Part shown: positions 11,160 through 23,397 of the stretch, one piece after another
Layout of the letters: each line of letters begins with the position of its first letter
Position numbering within the stretch: position 1 is the stretch's first letter
NCBI GenBank assembly: GCA_013239625.1
Contig: MU053881.1
Location: 16,856,373 to 16,886,337, forward strand
DNA length: 29,965 bases
Direction of reading: 5' to 3'
Source of the DNA: Lama guanicoe
Lineage: Eukaryota
Notes under the pieces: model-generated
Told to the model about the DNA's origin: nothing
The model's database searches: none
The model's input: the letters and a program-made list of their open reading frames with translations, nothing else
Translations under genes and position numbers: made by a program

Positions 11160-11952
11160 TGCTATGGAAAACAGTATGTATATTCCTCAAAAAATTAAAA
11201 ATAGAACTATCAGATGATCCAGCAATTCCACTTCTGGGTATATATTAAAAAGGAAACCAAATCACTGTGTGGAAGAGGTATCTGTACCCTTTGTTAATTG
11301 CAGCATTATGGACAATAGTCAAGATATGAAAACAGTCTAAATGCCTATTGACAGATGAATAAAAAAAATGTAACATATATATTGAACATATATAATGGAA
11401 TGCTCCTTGGCCGTAAGAAGGAGATCATGCATTTGCAATGGCTCAGATTGGCCTTGATGGCATCCTGCTAAGTGAAGTAAGTGAGACAAAGACTATATGA
11501 TCTCACGTATATGAAAAAAGTGACATGTGAAAAAAAAAAGTGAATATGAAACAAACAAACCAACCCCAAATCAAAAAAAGACATCTTATTTGTTGGGCTG
11601 TGGGTTGGAGGTTGGTAGGGGAACTGGATGAAGGTGTTCAAAAGGTACAGACTTCCAGCTATACGAGAAGTAAGTCCTGGGCATGTGATGGACAACATGA
11701 TGACTATAGTTAACACTGCTGCATTGTAGATTTGAAAGCTGCTAAGAGAATAGATTCTAAGATTTCTCATCACAAGTAAAGACAACTTTTTTCTTTTTTT
11801 TTTTTGATATCTATATGAGATGATGCATTAACTAAACTTAAATTGGTAATCATTGTGCAACTTATGTAAGTCAAGACATTATGCTATACACCTTAAACTT
11901 ACACAATGTTGTATGTCAGTTACATCTCAATAAAACCAAAAGGGAAAAAAAG
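11160..11952 (+). mobile_element. L1 (L1MA-like) 3' end, specific to unit 1
   Basis: gctatggaaaacagtatg...gatccagcaattccacttctggg...ccttaaacttacacaatgttgtatgtcagttacatctcaataaaa. Not seen at the matching position in units 2 and 3. Confidence 0.8.
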
Positions 11953-11959
11953 AATTCAA

Positions 11960-13560
11960 CTTATGCAATAGTAATTACTACAATGCAATTAATAATATTC
12001 AAACATTAACTGACAAATATTTTTAGACTCCTCAAACAACAGAAATATTTTTTAAGCACTCAGAGGACTCTCATAAAAACTGACCTGACATTAGACATAA
12101 AATAATCTTCCATCAATTCCAAAGTATAAATATTATATGTATTATAATGCACTAAAATTACAATTCAGTAGAGAAGGAATAGCTTTTCAAACCCCACATA
12201 TTTAAGAGCAAAATAATTTAGTAAGCAAACTTTTCTTTCAATGGTAAATCATGAAATAAATTAAGAAATATTTCTAATTAAATAATTTAAGCGTCTCATG
12301 TTAGAAGATCAGGCTAAAATAACATTGAAGGGAAATACACAAGTTTAAATATATTTATCAAGAAATTTTATCCAGAAAAAAATCATGCTTAAAAAAAGTT
12401 AAGTTTAGGTTATCGAAAAAAGATTAATAAGATAGAGAGAAATAAGGAGAAGATACCAATAACAAAATATGAAATTAAAATTGGGGAATAAATGCAACAA
12501 TAATGAGTATTTAAAATTAATTTAAAAATAGTAAGAAAATACACTGACAAATATGAGACTGTAGATGAAATGAATGAATTCTTAGAAGAATATAAAATTC
12601 CAAAACTGACACAAGAAAAAATAGGGGTCCCAGATACATAAATATGTTATTTTTTAATTGAAAGTTTTAGTTATAGACCTTCCTTCTCTATAATCATCAG
12701 CCCCAGTGAGTTTGCAAGTGAGCTCTCCTAAACGTCTAAGGAATAGCTGCTGAGTATCTTACACATGTTGTTCAACAAACAGAAAAATACATGAAGTTGC
12801 CCAGCTCATTTCATTAAGTTGATGTAATCTTGATTCCAACACTAGGTAAGAATATTTGTAAGAAAAAAATAATTATGGGTTCATTTGATCTACCCATGCA
12901 GGTTTTAAAAATCTGTAATAAGACATAACCTAGTAAAATTCTATGGTAATTAAAAACAGTGCATTATGATCATGTAGTTTTGGTTTATCCCATGAATGAC
13001 AAGGATGGTTTAGCATCAGAAAACCTATCATGTGAATCCTTACAGAAACACACTAAAAAAGAAAAATCATATACGCATTTCCTCCAAGGTAGGAATAATT
13101 TTCTAAAATTCAACTCCTACTCATGATTTTCAAAAAAGCCTCTTTGTAGCATGCAGGGAAGGTGACTTTCTTCGCTAGTTAAAGAACACATACCACAAAA
13201 CTGGCAAGTATTATACTAGTTGGGAAACTAGATGCATTGTTTTAGGACCAGGAACAAGCCAAGGATACTCACTGCCTCTGCTGTTCTTTAACACCGAACT
13301 GAAAGTCATGAACGGTGCTAAGGGAAGAAAAAGAAAGAACATGTATAAAAATTGGAAGGGAAGAGAAATTATCATCCACCCAGAAAAGATAAAAGAATTA
13401 GACGAATAAACTAGAACCATAAGACAGCATAAGGCTGCCGAATGTAAGATCAACTTCTGAAAGTCACAGTATTTCTCATAGTATTGCACCAGTAATAATC
13501 ATTCAGAATTTATAACTGGAGTTAAAATTAAGACTCCCAATAGTGACACAAACTATAAAG
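11960..13560 (+). mobile_element. Ancient, degraded L1 ORF2-region fragment shared by all units (paralogs ~18900-22190 and ~28500-29965)
   Basis: A-rich decayed L1 text (gatgaaatgaatgaattcttag, ccaaaactgacacaagaa, caaggatggtttagcatcagaaaa, ggaacaagccaaggata) collinear in the three units. Confidence 0.65.
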
Positions 13561-13564
13561 AGAG

Positions 13565-14030
13565 AGCTTTCAAGCATTTTGGCCTTGGGATCCCATTACA
13601 CGCAAACATTATTGAGGTCCCTAAAAGGTTTTTGTCTGGGTGGATTATAACTATCAATTTTTTACTATATTAGAAATTAAAACTGAGAATCTTTAAAAAT
13701 ATTTAGTCATCAGTACATTTAAAAGAACAATAATAAACCTAGTATATGTTAATATAAGCAACATTTTTAGTAAAGTAACTACATTTTCAAAAAAAACTTT
13801 ATTGAGAAGAGTGGCTTCATTTTTCATTTTTGCAAATATGTCTAATGTAAAGACAACACGATGCTCATGTCTGCTTCTTCACTCAGTCTGTGGCTACATG
13901 TTGTTTTAGTTGACGTGGATGATGAAAAATATCCTCATATGTAATTGGAAGAGTAAGAACCTTGTGGACACCCCAGAAAAGGTCCCAGGGACCCCCAAGT
14001 GTCCTCATATCACACTTTGAAAACCCCTGT
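13565..14030 (+). mobile_element. hAT-Charlie-type DNA transposon fossil (paralog at ~22193-22655)
   Basis: Charlie-like ends (ctttcaagcattttggccttgggatccc ... cacactttgaaaacccctg). Subfamily not certain. Confidence 0.55.
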
Positions 14031-14275
14031 TATAAAATACCTGAGAACTAACAAGAAGCATAAATACCTTCAGAGACCCTGGTCTGAGGACCACTGACAT
14101 AGAAGCCGCAAAGGGCACCTACGCTGGGTGAACACGGGGACCCAGATGGGAAAAATGAAAAGACCCCCGACAGCCTCGAAGGTTGAGATCTTCTCTTACT
14201 ACCCTTCTCCCCAGCCGTGACCCCATTCCCACGCTGGGCAGCACTACCCACAGCTGCAGGATTCTTCCTTCCTAC

Positions 14276-14318
14276 CCTCTCCCTCCTGGTCCCCCTCAGG
14301 CTGGCCTGCCTCTTCCAT
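14276..14318 (-). CDS. Predicted upstream coding exon segment for OR copy 1 (MEEAGQPEGDQEGE + 1 nt)
   Basis: ATG at 14318, 43 nt open, then GTAGGA donor at 14275. Phase 1 matches acceptor CAG|AT GCA GCA TCC TTG at 9768/9767. Conserved in the paralogous unit. Confidence 0.55.
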
Positions 14319-14399
14319 GAAGTGGCCAGCAGAGGAGAGCAGAAGAAACGCTCCTGCTTGATGCTGTCAGCAGTACCCACAGGCGGGGGTGGGTGAGGC

Positions 14400-14770
14400 C
14401 TCCTAGAACGGATACAGTCTGCTTTATCCCTGCTGTATCCTTCCCTGCTGGCTGCTCCCAAGGGCATCTTCAAGATGCTAACCTAAAAGATCCGTCCTCA
14501 GGGTCTAGAGAAGCTGGGAAGGACCTCAAGGGGCTTCAGGGACCTGCTGCCTCTAGACCCTCCCCCAGCCATCCACACAGAAAGACTGTTGCTGCCGCTC
14601 TTCGCCCAGAGAGACTCCAGCCCATGCTGAGGGCTGCAGGGCTCCCAGTTACTGGAGAGACTGAGCTGGACACAGATGCCCTCATTACCTTGGGGCCAAG
14701 GCAGGGTCAGAGGGAAGGTGAGAGCTGGAGGGGTCCCAAGTGGGAACTGAGGGCTCTTCCCTGGGTTGAG
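14400..14770 (-). promoter_or_regulatory. Candidate promoter of OR copy 1 with clustered O/E (EBF)-like sites
   Basis: TCCCAAGGGC 14456-14465, TCCTCAGGGT 14495-14504 and CCTCAAGGGG 14524-14533 are all retained in the paralogous block. Conserved GATAAA on the - strand at ~14422-14428. Confidence 0.45.
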
Positions 14771-14963
14771 AGCAGCTGGAGGACTTCCCAGACAAGGATA
14801 ATTTGGAGCTGGGTCTTACAGACTGGTTTCTTTTGGGCAATATAAGTGTTCAGGTTCTTCTGGCCAATTGGATAGCCTCACCTCTATTCCCAATCAAATT
14901 CTACCCTAACCCCCGTGGTCCTGGTGATCCAGCCAGACAGTCTGACATGCACACATGCCTCCC

Positions 14964-15063
14964 TGTGATATAATAAAACATAAATATTTGGTCTTTTGGT
15001 ATTGCCCTTGGTTCCTGACTCCCTGATAAGAGGGTCTTTTGTAGGCTAATGAGATGACTGATG
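14964..15063 (+). mobile_element. MER21-like LTR 5' fragment (paralog at 25208-25320)
   Basis: tgtgatat...atatttggtctt...gtcttttgtaggctaatgagatgactg resembles the recalled MER21 5' consensus. Confidence 0.55.
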
Positions 15064-16151
15064 CCTGTGAGTTTATCCTTATAAAATATCTCTGCCTCCA
15101 GCTCAATTATTTGGCCTCATCTTTGAGTTAGCAATTTACACTCCACAGAGGGCCCAAGTCCTGGATCCTCACTCATATATTCCAAAAACCAGCATAGGAG
15201 TCAGACAGACATAAAGGTCCATGGGACTCTATTTATTCACATGTTATGTGACCTCCACCTACATTTCCCATCTGCATAATGAAGGTACCCATAGGTAGGT
15301 AACCTCTGATCTCTCTTTGTGCCATCTTGAAATAGCACTCTGCCTTTCAACACACTCCTCAAATAAGTGCAGCTTTAACACAGTAATGAGAAATTGATGT
15401 TTCATTGAAAGTTACATGTTGGAAAAGGGGAAAAGATTTCCGTAAGATGTGAGATAACAACACCCTTTAATATGTCTATGTTCTTACCTAAGCCCTGGTC
15501 CCTCTTCCTTCTCCCAGTCCCTCATCTCTCTCGGTGTCTCTCTTTCTCTCCTCCAAATCACTCTTTCTGTTTCTTTTATATTTTCCCTCCCTTATCTTCC
15601 TTTCTACTTCTTCTTTCTTATATCTCACATGCAAACAGCCTTATAATTAGCAAATGATTTCCTTGGAGACAGATAGCTTATTACTTTTTACATTTGTTAT
15701 AACTAAAAGGATAATTATAAAACACTGGACACAATGCTTGATATGTAGAAAATTCTCAATTCTTGGTGGGTTTTATTATAATTTTATGTCATTTTAATCT
15801 TATATTGGTGAGGGGAGGGGAAAATGAAGTGTTCTCTTGCTTGTCCATTCAGAAAGAACCATGGGCATCAAGGCCAAAACTCATTCACATGATGCTCCTA
15901 CCTGCCCATAGATAAAGTAAATTCTAGAGCATAGATAATAAGATGGAGTTCATCACACTGGGTCATACGTGAGAGATCATGACGGCAAAGGGGTGGCAAA
16001 CAAACTGAGGAAAAACAAATAGATAGTATGCATCAAACTCCTATGAATTGTAGGAATTTTAACACAACTGAAGCCCTACCATAGTTCTATGGAGACAAAT
16101 GTTATTATCTCCAGCCCTTCTATCATATTTTTTCCACCATCAAACTGGCCA

Positions 16152-17267
16152 TTAGTAGCTTAGGGGACAGAATGTTCTGTAGAAGCTTCTCTTTATGGCA
16201 TTCTTCAGCTCCTTATTCCTGAGGCTGAAAATGATCGGGCTAAGAAAAGGGGTGAAGACTGTATAGGTGGTGGCCATCAGAGTGTTACTGTCCATGGAAT
16301 GGGGGCCCTTGGGCTTGAGGTAGATGATGGAGGCAAAGCCGTAGTGCACGATCACTATGGTGAGATGGGACACACATGTGGAGAAGGTCTTGTGCCGGCC
16401 CTCAGCTGAGGGGATCCTCAAGATGGCAGCCACGATGAAGACATACGAGAGGACGATGAGGAGTAAACACCCCAGCAGGGCTGTGACACAAACCAGGATC
16501 ACACCCATGGTGACAGACAATATCTCCTTCCCACAGGCCAACTTCAATAGAGAAAGCACATGACAGACAAAGTGGTGTATCTCATTAGACCCACAGAATG
16601 TGAGATGAAAAACTATCAATGTCAACATCATTCCCATGACTGAGCCACCAGCCCAGGACCAGGACACAAGATGGGCACAGTCACGTGTTCTCATGAGCAT
16701 GTTGTAGCGCAGAGGGTGGCAAATGGCACAGGCAAAATGGTGGATCTCATTAGACCCACAGAAGGTGAGATGAAAAACTATCAGTGTCACCATCATTCCC
16801 ATGACTGAGCCACCAGCCCAGGACCAGGACACAAGACGAGCACAACCACCAGGGCTCATGAGCATGTTGTAGCGCAGGGGGTGGCAGATGGCCACATAGC
16901 GGTCATAGCCCATGATCATGAGCAGGAAGGAGTGGGTGAAACCAAACGTGAAGGAGAAGAACGTCTGGCTGGCACAGGCAGTGAAGGAGATGGAGTGGTG
17001 GATGGAGAGCATGTCGACCAGCATTCGAGGGGTGACAGCAACAGTGAACAGAATCTCGGAGATGGAGAGGGCACACAGGAAGAGGTACATGGGCGTGTGG
17101 AGGCTATGCTCCCTCCAGATGGTGGCCATGATGAGCAGGTTTCCCAGGAGTGTGAACAGGTACATCAGCAGGTACAGCAGGAAGAAGGTAGGCAGGAGAT
17201 GCTGAGGGAAGTTGGAGAAGCCGATGAGGATGAATTCAGACATTGTGCTATAGTTCTGACCAGACAA
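16152..17267 (-). pseudogene. OR10H4: OR10H4/OR10H3-like copy 2, 371-codon open frame with a 55-aa internal tandem duplication (probably non-functional)
   Basis: All OR motifs present. Segment AICHPLRY...IHHFxC occurs twice (16892-16728 and 16727-16563). First codon is TTG (17265-17267). Confidence 0.75.
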
Positions 17268-18437
17268 GGATGCTGCATCTGGTGAGATCAGAAATAGGAT
17301 GAAGGCACAGTGGTTAAAGCAGAGGCTCTAACCTAGATTAAATGCCAATTGAAGACCTCTATATAACTATTAGAAGAAGACTTATAAGTATTTATTTAAG
17401 TTATCTAGTTGTCACAATCTTCATCAGTAAGATGGAGTCAATCATAATTGTTCTTATCATTCAATAATGTGATAAAAATAAAATTAGATCAGTATTTTAA
17501 ATGCTTAAGATACAGTTTGGCTAGTGGGTTTTTATTAATTACAGTGACTAAAAAATTAAAATTTAGCATTTTTGGAGGCACTGAAGACAAACATAGATGA
17601 TCAGGGCCATAATCTCTTGAATAGTGTTCTTGTTCTAGAAAATCTTTATTTGGATCTTGGGGCTCTAAAAATGTTTTCCTCTAAGAGACTTTGTCTTTTA
17701 ATTGATGATTTAACACATTTATCTTTATTTTAACTATTTTAATGCTACACTTTTTTCCGATGTTGTTTCATATTCATATTTACTATTCTAAATTAACTGA
17801 ACAGAAAGTCTGAAAATAAAAGGGTGGAATAATATATGCCAGGAAAAAATGTATCAAATGAAAACTGAGGCAGAACTCTTAAAAACAGACAAAATTAAAT
17901 GCAAGGAAACAATACTTATAACATCTCCATTAACATTTGTCACTCAAAAACATCAGGCTTCTTTGGAGAAATTGTCTAGGGCAGGAAGTAAGCTTAGGAC
18001 ATCTTGTACCAGCATGAAATGAAACTTTAAAGTGAGTAATGGGTTAATGTTAAGTGGATGCCAGGACCAGATTGCAAATATGCCCATTCACCAAAGCTGA
18101 TTGCCAAAATGAAGGATTATGTTACAAAGGATGGAAGAGCAAGCTAAATGACACTATAAGGAAGCAATCAGACAAATCCAAAGATGGAACATGCTGCAGA
18201 ACAATTGGTCTTGTCTCATGGATACCAGGGTGATGGAAAGAATAAGGAGAAATTCAGGAAATATAACAATCAGACGCAATATAGGGTACTAGCTTGGATA
18301 CTGATTAAGATAAAACCAGTGCAAACTAATTTTAAGGCAATAGAAAAAACTTTGATATGGTTTGTATGAATAAGTAGATATGAACAATATGAGATTATTA
18401 TTAACTTAGCTATTAATTTTGAATGTTACCTTGTTAT

Positions 18438-18593
18438 AAAAACAAATTTCTTCTGTATAGCACAGGGAACTATAGTCAATATCTTGTAATAACCTTTAAT
18501 GAAAAAGAATATGAAAACAAATATATGTATATATATGTATGATTAAGACAGTATGTGGTACATGAGAAATTGACACGTTGTAAATGATTTAAA
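18438..18593 (+). mobile_element. Short 5'-truncated lineage-specific L1 3' end
   Basis: ctgtatagcacagggaactatagtcaatatcttgtaataacc... Absent in units 1 and 3; degenerate cttgttat direct repeats flank it. Confidence 0.75.
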
Positions 18594-19811
18594 AATGTAT
18601 CTTGTTATTTTGGCAGTGAAGAAAAAAATTCTTAGTTTAAATGTATACTGAAATTAAATATTACACAAACACACCCCCCCATACTCCAAGAGAAAATTAA
18701 GAATATTTTATTAAGCACAGAAGAACATTGAAATGATTGGCATATCATTAATCTATGTAACAATATACCCTGGAATAGTAAGTTATAAATTAATCAACAG
18801 AATCTCATTGAAATAGCTATAAGTAGAAAGAGATAAATCAATACTAGATAGGTAGATGAAACTTGTAGTTAGATATTTTCACAGAGTTTAGAAAGGCAAT
18901 TTATGAATTATTATAATGCAATTTATAATATTTAGACATTAGCTATTGGACATATTCAGACTCTTCAGCAAAGAGAGATTAAACATTTTTTAAGCCTACA
19001 GGGAACTTTTTTCCCCCAAAATTTACCTCATATAAGGACATAAAAACATTCTCCAATCCAAGTATAAATATGATACAGATTATAGTGTATTAAAAGTAGA
19101 AATTGATAGAGGAGTAACTTTTCAAACACCCTGTGTTTAGAAGCTAAATGTATTATTAAATAATCTTTTGTTACAATAGTAAAACAAAGTAAATTTTAAC
19201 ACGTTTATAATTAAATAGTTCAAGCATCTAATGTCAAATATTAAGCTAAGAGTATGATGAAAGATCTACATAGCTTTATAATATACTTATCAAGAAGAAA
19301 GTCATGCTTAATAAAACTAAAATCAGGTTGGAAAAGATTAATAAGATAAAAAGAAAGAGAAAATGCCAACAAGAAAATACAAAAAATTAAAATTGAGAAA
19401 TAACTACAGAATTAATGGATATTTTTAAATTAATAAGAATTGTAAGTAAAATACAAGTTGGTAAATTTGAAACAGTAGATTAAGTAAATTCTTAGAAAAG
19501 TATAAAATTCCAAACCTGGTGCAAGAAAAAATAGGGATCCTGGAGACTCAAGTAATTTTAAAGAAACTGAAAAGGTTAATGAAATGCTGTCCCTCCCCAA
19601 TATCCTTGGTCCCAGTGGGTTTACAGGTGATCTCTCTTAAACTTTTAAGAAAGAGTTGATAAGTATCTTATACTTATTCTTAAAAACCAGAATAAGCATA
19701 TGAAATCTGCTCACTTCATTTCATTAGCTTAATGCAATCTTGATTTTAAACCAGGTAAATTGTTAATAAGAAAAGAAAATTACGGGCCCACCATTTCATC
19801 TATCCATGCAG

Positions 19812-19971
19812 GTTTTTTTTAACATTTGTTTATTGAGTTATAGTCATTTTACAATGTTGTGTCAAATTCCAATGTAGAGCACAATTTTTAAGTTATACAT
19901 GAACATACATATATTCATTGTCACATTTTTTTTCGCTGTGAGCTACCACAAGATCTTGTATATATTTCTCA
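19812..19971 (-). mobile_element. Short L1 3' end, antisense, with 12-bp TSD
   Basis: Poly-T start and L1 3' text. TSD CTATCCATGCAG at 19800-19811 and 19972-19983; single copy in units 1 and 3. Confidence 0.85.
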
Positions 19972-20356
19972 CTATCCATGCAGATTTAAAGTCATAAGAA
20001 GACATAACGTAGTAAAACCCAATGGTTTTTCAAAAATGGTATATTATAAGCAAGTGGTTTTGGTTTCTCTCATAAATGACATGGATGGTTCAGCATCAGA
20101 AAACCTATCATGTGACTCATCAGGTGAATACACTAAAACAAACAAACCATATAATTATTTCAATTAAGGCAAGAATATAATTTTTAAAATTCACGTCCAA
20201 TTTATGATTTTAGAAATTGGTGCGCAATATTATTTTAGTTTTATACCTACAACATAATGATATGATAGATGTACAACTATTATGCTTTTTAAAAAAAACT
20301 CTTTGCAACATGTTACGGAAGGGGACTTTCTTAACTAGGTGAAGAATATATACTAC

Positions 20357-21807
20357 CGATACTGGCACAAAAACAGACACATAGATCAATGGAACAGAAC
20401 AGAGAGTCCAGAAATAAACCCATGCACCTATATTCAATTAGTCTACTACAAAAGAAGCAAGAATATAAAATGGAGAAAACACAATCTCTTCAACAAGTGG
20501 TGCTGGGAAAACTGGACAGCTGCATGTAAAAAATGAGATTAGTACATTTCCTCACAATATATTCAAAAATAAACTCTAAATGGATTAAAGAGTTAAATGT
20601 AAGACCTAAAACCATGAAACTCCTAGAAGAAAGCACAGGCAGAACAGTCAGACATAAATTATAGCAATATTTTTTTGGATCTGCCTCCTAAAGCAAAAGA
20701 AATAAACACAGAAATAAATGGAATCTAATTAATCTTAAAAGCATTTACACAGTGAAGGAAACCATCAACAAAATAAAAAAAGAACCTATGGAATGGGAGA
20801 AAATGTTTGCAAAGTTTATCACCAACAAGGAGTTAATATTCAAAATATATAAACAGCTCATACAACTTGATTTCAGAAAACAATCTATCAAAAATGTGCA
20901 GAAGACAAGAATGGACATTTTTCCAAAGAAGACATACAAATGGCTAACAGGAACATGAAAAGATGCTCAACACTGTTAATTACTAGACAAATGCAAATCA
21001 TAACAACAGTGAGATACCATCTCATACCTGTCAGAATGGCTATCATCAAAAAGTCTACAAATGAAAAATGTTGGAGATGATGTGGAGAAAAGGGAACACT
21101 TGTACAGTGCTGGTGGGAATGTAAATTGATGCAGCCACTATGGAAAACAGTGTGGACGTTCTTCAGAAAAATTAAAAATAGAGCTACCATATCATCCAAC
21201 AGTTCCACTCCTGAGTACTTACTTGGTAGAAATGAAAACACTAATTTGAAAAGATACATGCACCTTAGTGATCATAGCAGTACTATTTACAATAACCAAG
21301 ATTTGAAAGCAACCCAAGTGCCCATCAGCAGAAGGATGATTGGCTTAAGAAGATGTGGTATATATAGTATTCAGCCATAAAAAAAGAATAGAATTCTGCC
21401 ATTTGCAGCAACGTGGACGGACCTAGAGAACATTATGCTAGTGAAATAGACAATGATAAATACTGTATGATATCACGCATATGTGGAAAATGTAAAACAG
21501 TGCAAAAGAGTGTACATGCAAAACAGAAACAGACTCACGATATAGAAAACAACTAGCAGTTACCAAAGAGGAGGAAGATAGGGAACAGGAAAATTCAGGA
21601 TATGGGATTAAGAGATACAAACTACTATGTATAAAATAGATGTGCAGCAAAGATGTATCGTATAGCACAGGGAGTTACAGCTATTATCTTGCAATAACCT
21701 TGAATGGAGTATAATTTGTAAAAATACTGAATCACTATGCTGTACACCGGAAACTAATACAACATTGTAAATCAACTATACTTCAGTTTAAAAAAAAAAC
21801 CTTAAAA
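20357..21807 (+). mobile_element. 5'-truncated L1 (end of ORF2 + 3' UTR) with 15-bp TSD
   Basis: ORF2 fragments [31 protein letters not shown] and a poly-A tail. TSD AAGAATATATACTAC (20342-20356) / AAGAATATGTGCTAC (21808-21822); empty site in units 1 and 3. Confidence 0.92.
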
Positions 21808-23397
21808 AAGAATATGTGCTACAAAACTAGCAGGTAGCTTACTAATGGGGAACTTTTGACGCATTATTTTAGGATCAAGAATCCAAGGTTACTTACTGTC
21901 TAGGCTGTTCTTTAAAATTGAACTGAAAGCCATGAGCAGTGCTCTAAGGAAAGGAAAAGAGAGAAGCTATATAAGGTTGGGAGGGAAGAAACATGGTCAG
22001 GTACCAAGAAAGGGTGAAAGAATCAAGATGTAATATGTTAGAACAAAAAAAAGCACAAAGCTGCGGAAGGCAAACCGACTTCCCCAAAACATAGTATTTC
22101 TCGTGGTATTACGCCAGCAATTATCTCTCAAAACATAGAACTGAAGTTAAGCAGGCGAAGACTCTTAAGAACGATACAAACTGTGAAGTAAAAGCCCTCA
22201 ACCATTTGCTCTTAGGATCCTCTCACAATAAAACACTGAGTTCCCAAAGGGCTTTTGTTTGAAGGGGATCAGAACTATCAATCTTTCCCATTTCAGAAAT
22301 CGAACCTGAGGATCTTTTAAAGGATTTGTATTAGTGTATCTAAAATAACAACAATAAATCTATTACATTTTAATATAGTGACATTTTAAGGAAAGTAATC
22401 ACATTTTCAAATAATAAGTAGTGATAATAGTGGTCCTGTTCTACATTTTCGCAAGTACGTTCCTCGTCTGGCCTGGTGGTAGACGACCTAATGCTGTGTC
22501 TGATTCTCTGTCAGCCTGTGACGGTATGTCGTTTTACTTGACACATGTGACAAAAATATATCCTCACGTGTACTGCCAAGGTAGGGACCTGGTGGACCCC
22601 CAGAAAGAGTATCAGGGAACCCCGGGGGCCTCATATTATATTTTGAAAACCTTTGCTATGAAATATCTAGGATTCAACAACAAACATGCAATACCTCCGA
22701 AGACAAAAAGGTTAGCGAACAATAAAAATGTGGAGGATGATCTGAATACATGGAAGCTGTTTACTTTCCTGGATGGGATGATCTAATATGATAATGGTGT
22801 CACTTCTTCCCCCAAATAACACCATCAGTCCAATTGCATTTACGACTCCAGTGAATGGACTGTAAATTTAGTAACTATCCTAAATTTCCTCTGAAAAATA
22901 AAGTCAGTGCAAAACGATACTCATCTTATCATTATTACTGTGAGCAGGAGAGATTTGTCTTCCCAGGGATTATGGCACATTCTAGAGTCGTAATCATTTT
23001 TAAAAATGTGAAACAGGAACAGGCATAGACATCCATTAAATTGACTGGATATCTCAGAAAATATCTCATTATTATTCATAATGTAATATGTGATAAAGGT
23101 GGCAGCACAAATAAAGGAAAAGACGCATTGTTTCCCAGTTTGTGGTAGGAAAACTGTTCATTTTATGAAGCAAAGTAAATCCGAATTTCTGCCAAAGACC
23201 ACATGCAAAGGTGGAATCCAGATGGATTCAAGACATAAATGTGAAACAAAGTATAAAGTTAATATGAGAAAGTGAAAGAGAATTACTTTGTGGATCTTAG
23301 TAGTGAAGAAGGACTTCCTAAACCAAACTTCTAAAGCACAAACGTTAAGTTGATTTTTAAAAGACATGAAAATGTCAACGTTAAGAATTTCTGTTCC

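Noticed and set aside
14393..14845. 150-aa + strand ORF and the paralogous 24685-24921 ORF
   Set aside because: GTG starts, length and frame not maintained between units, and no recognisable domain. GC-rich DNA explains them.
14681..14890. Other - strand donors (AAG|GTAATG ~14688, GAG|GTGAGG ~14882) as coding-exon ends
   Set aside because: The first is not conserved in unit 2, and the ATGs just upstream of the second hit stops. They could still bound non-coding exons.
20210..21668. Several 64-123 aa ORFs on both strands
   Set aside because: Broken L1 ORF2 and 3' UTR pieces and their antisense frames, not host genes.
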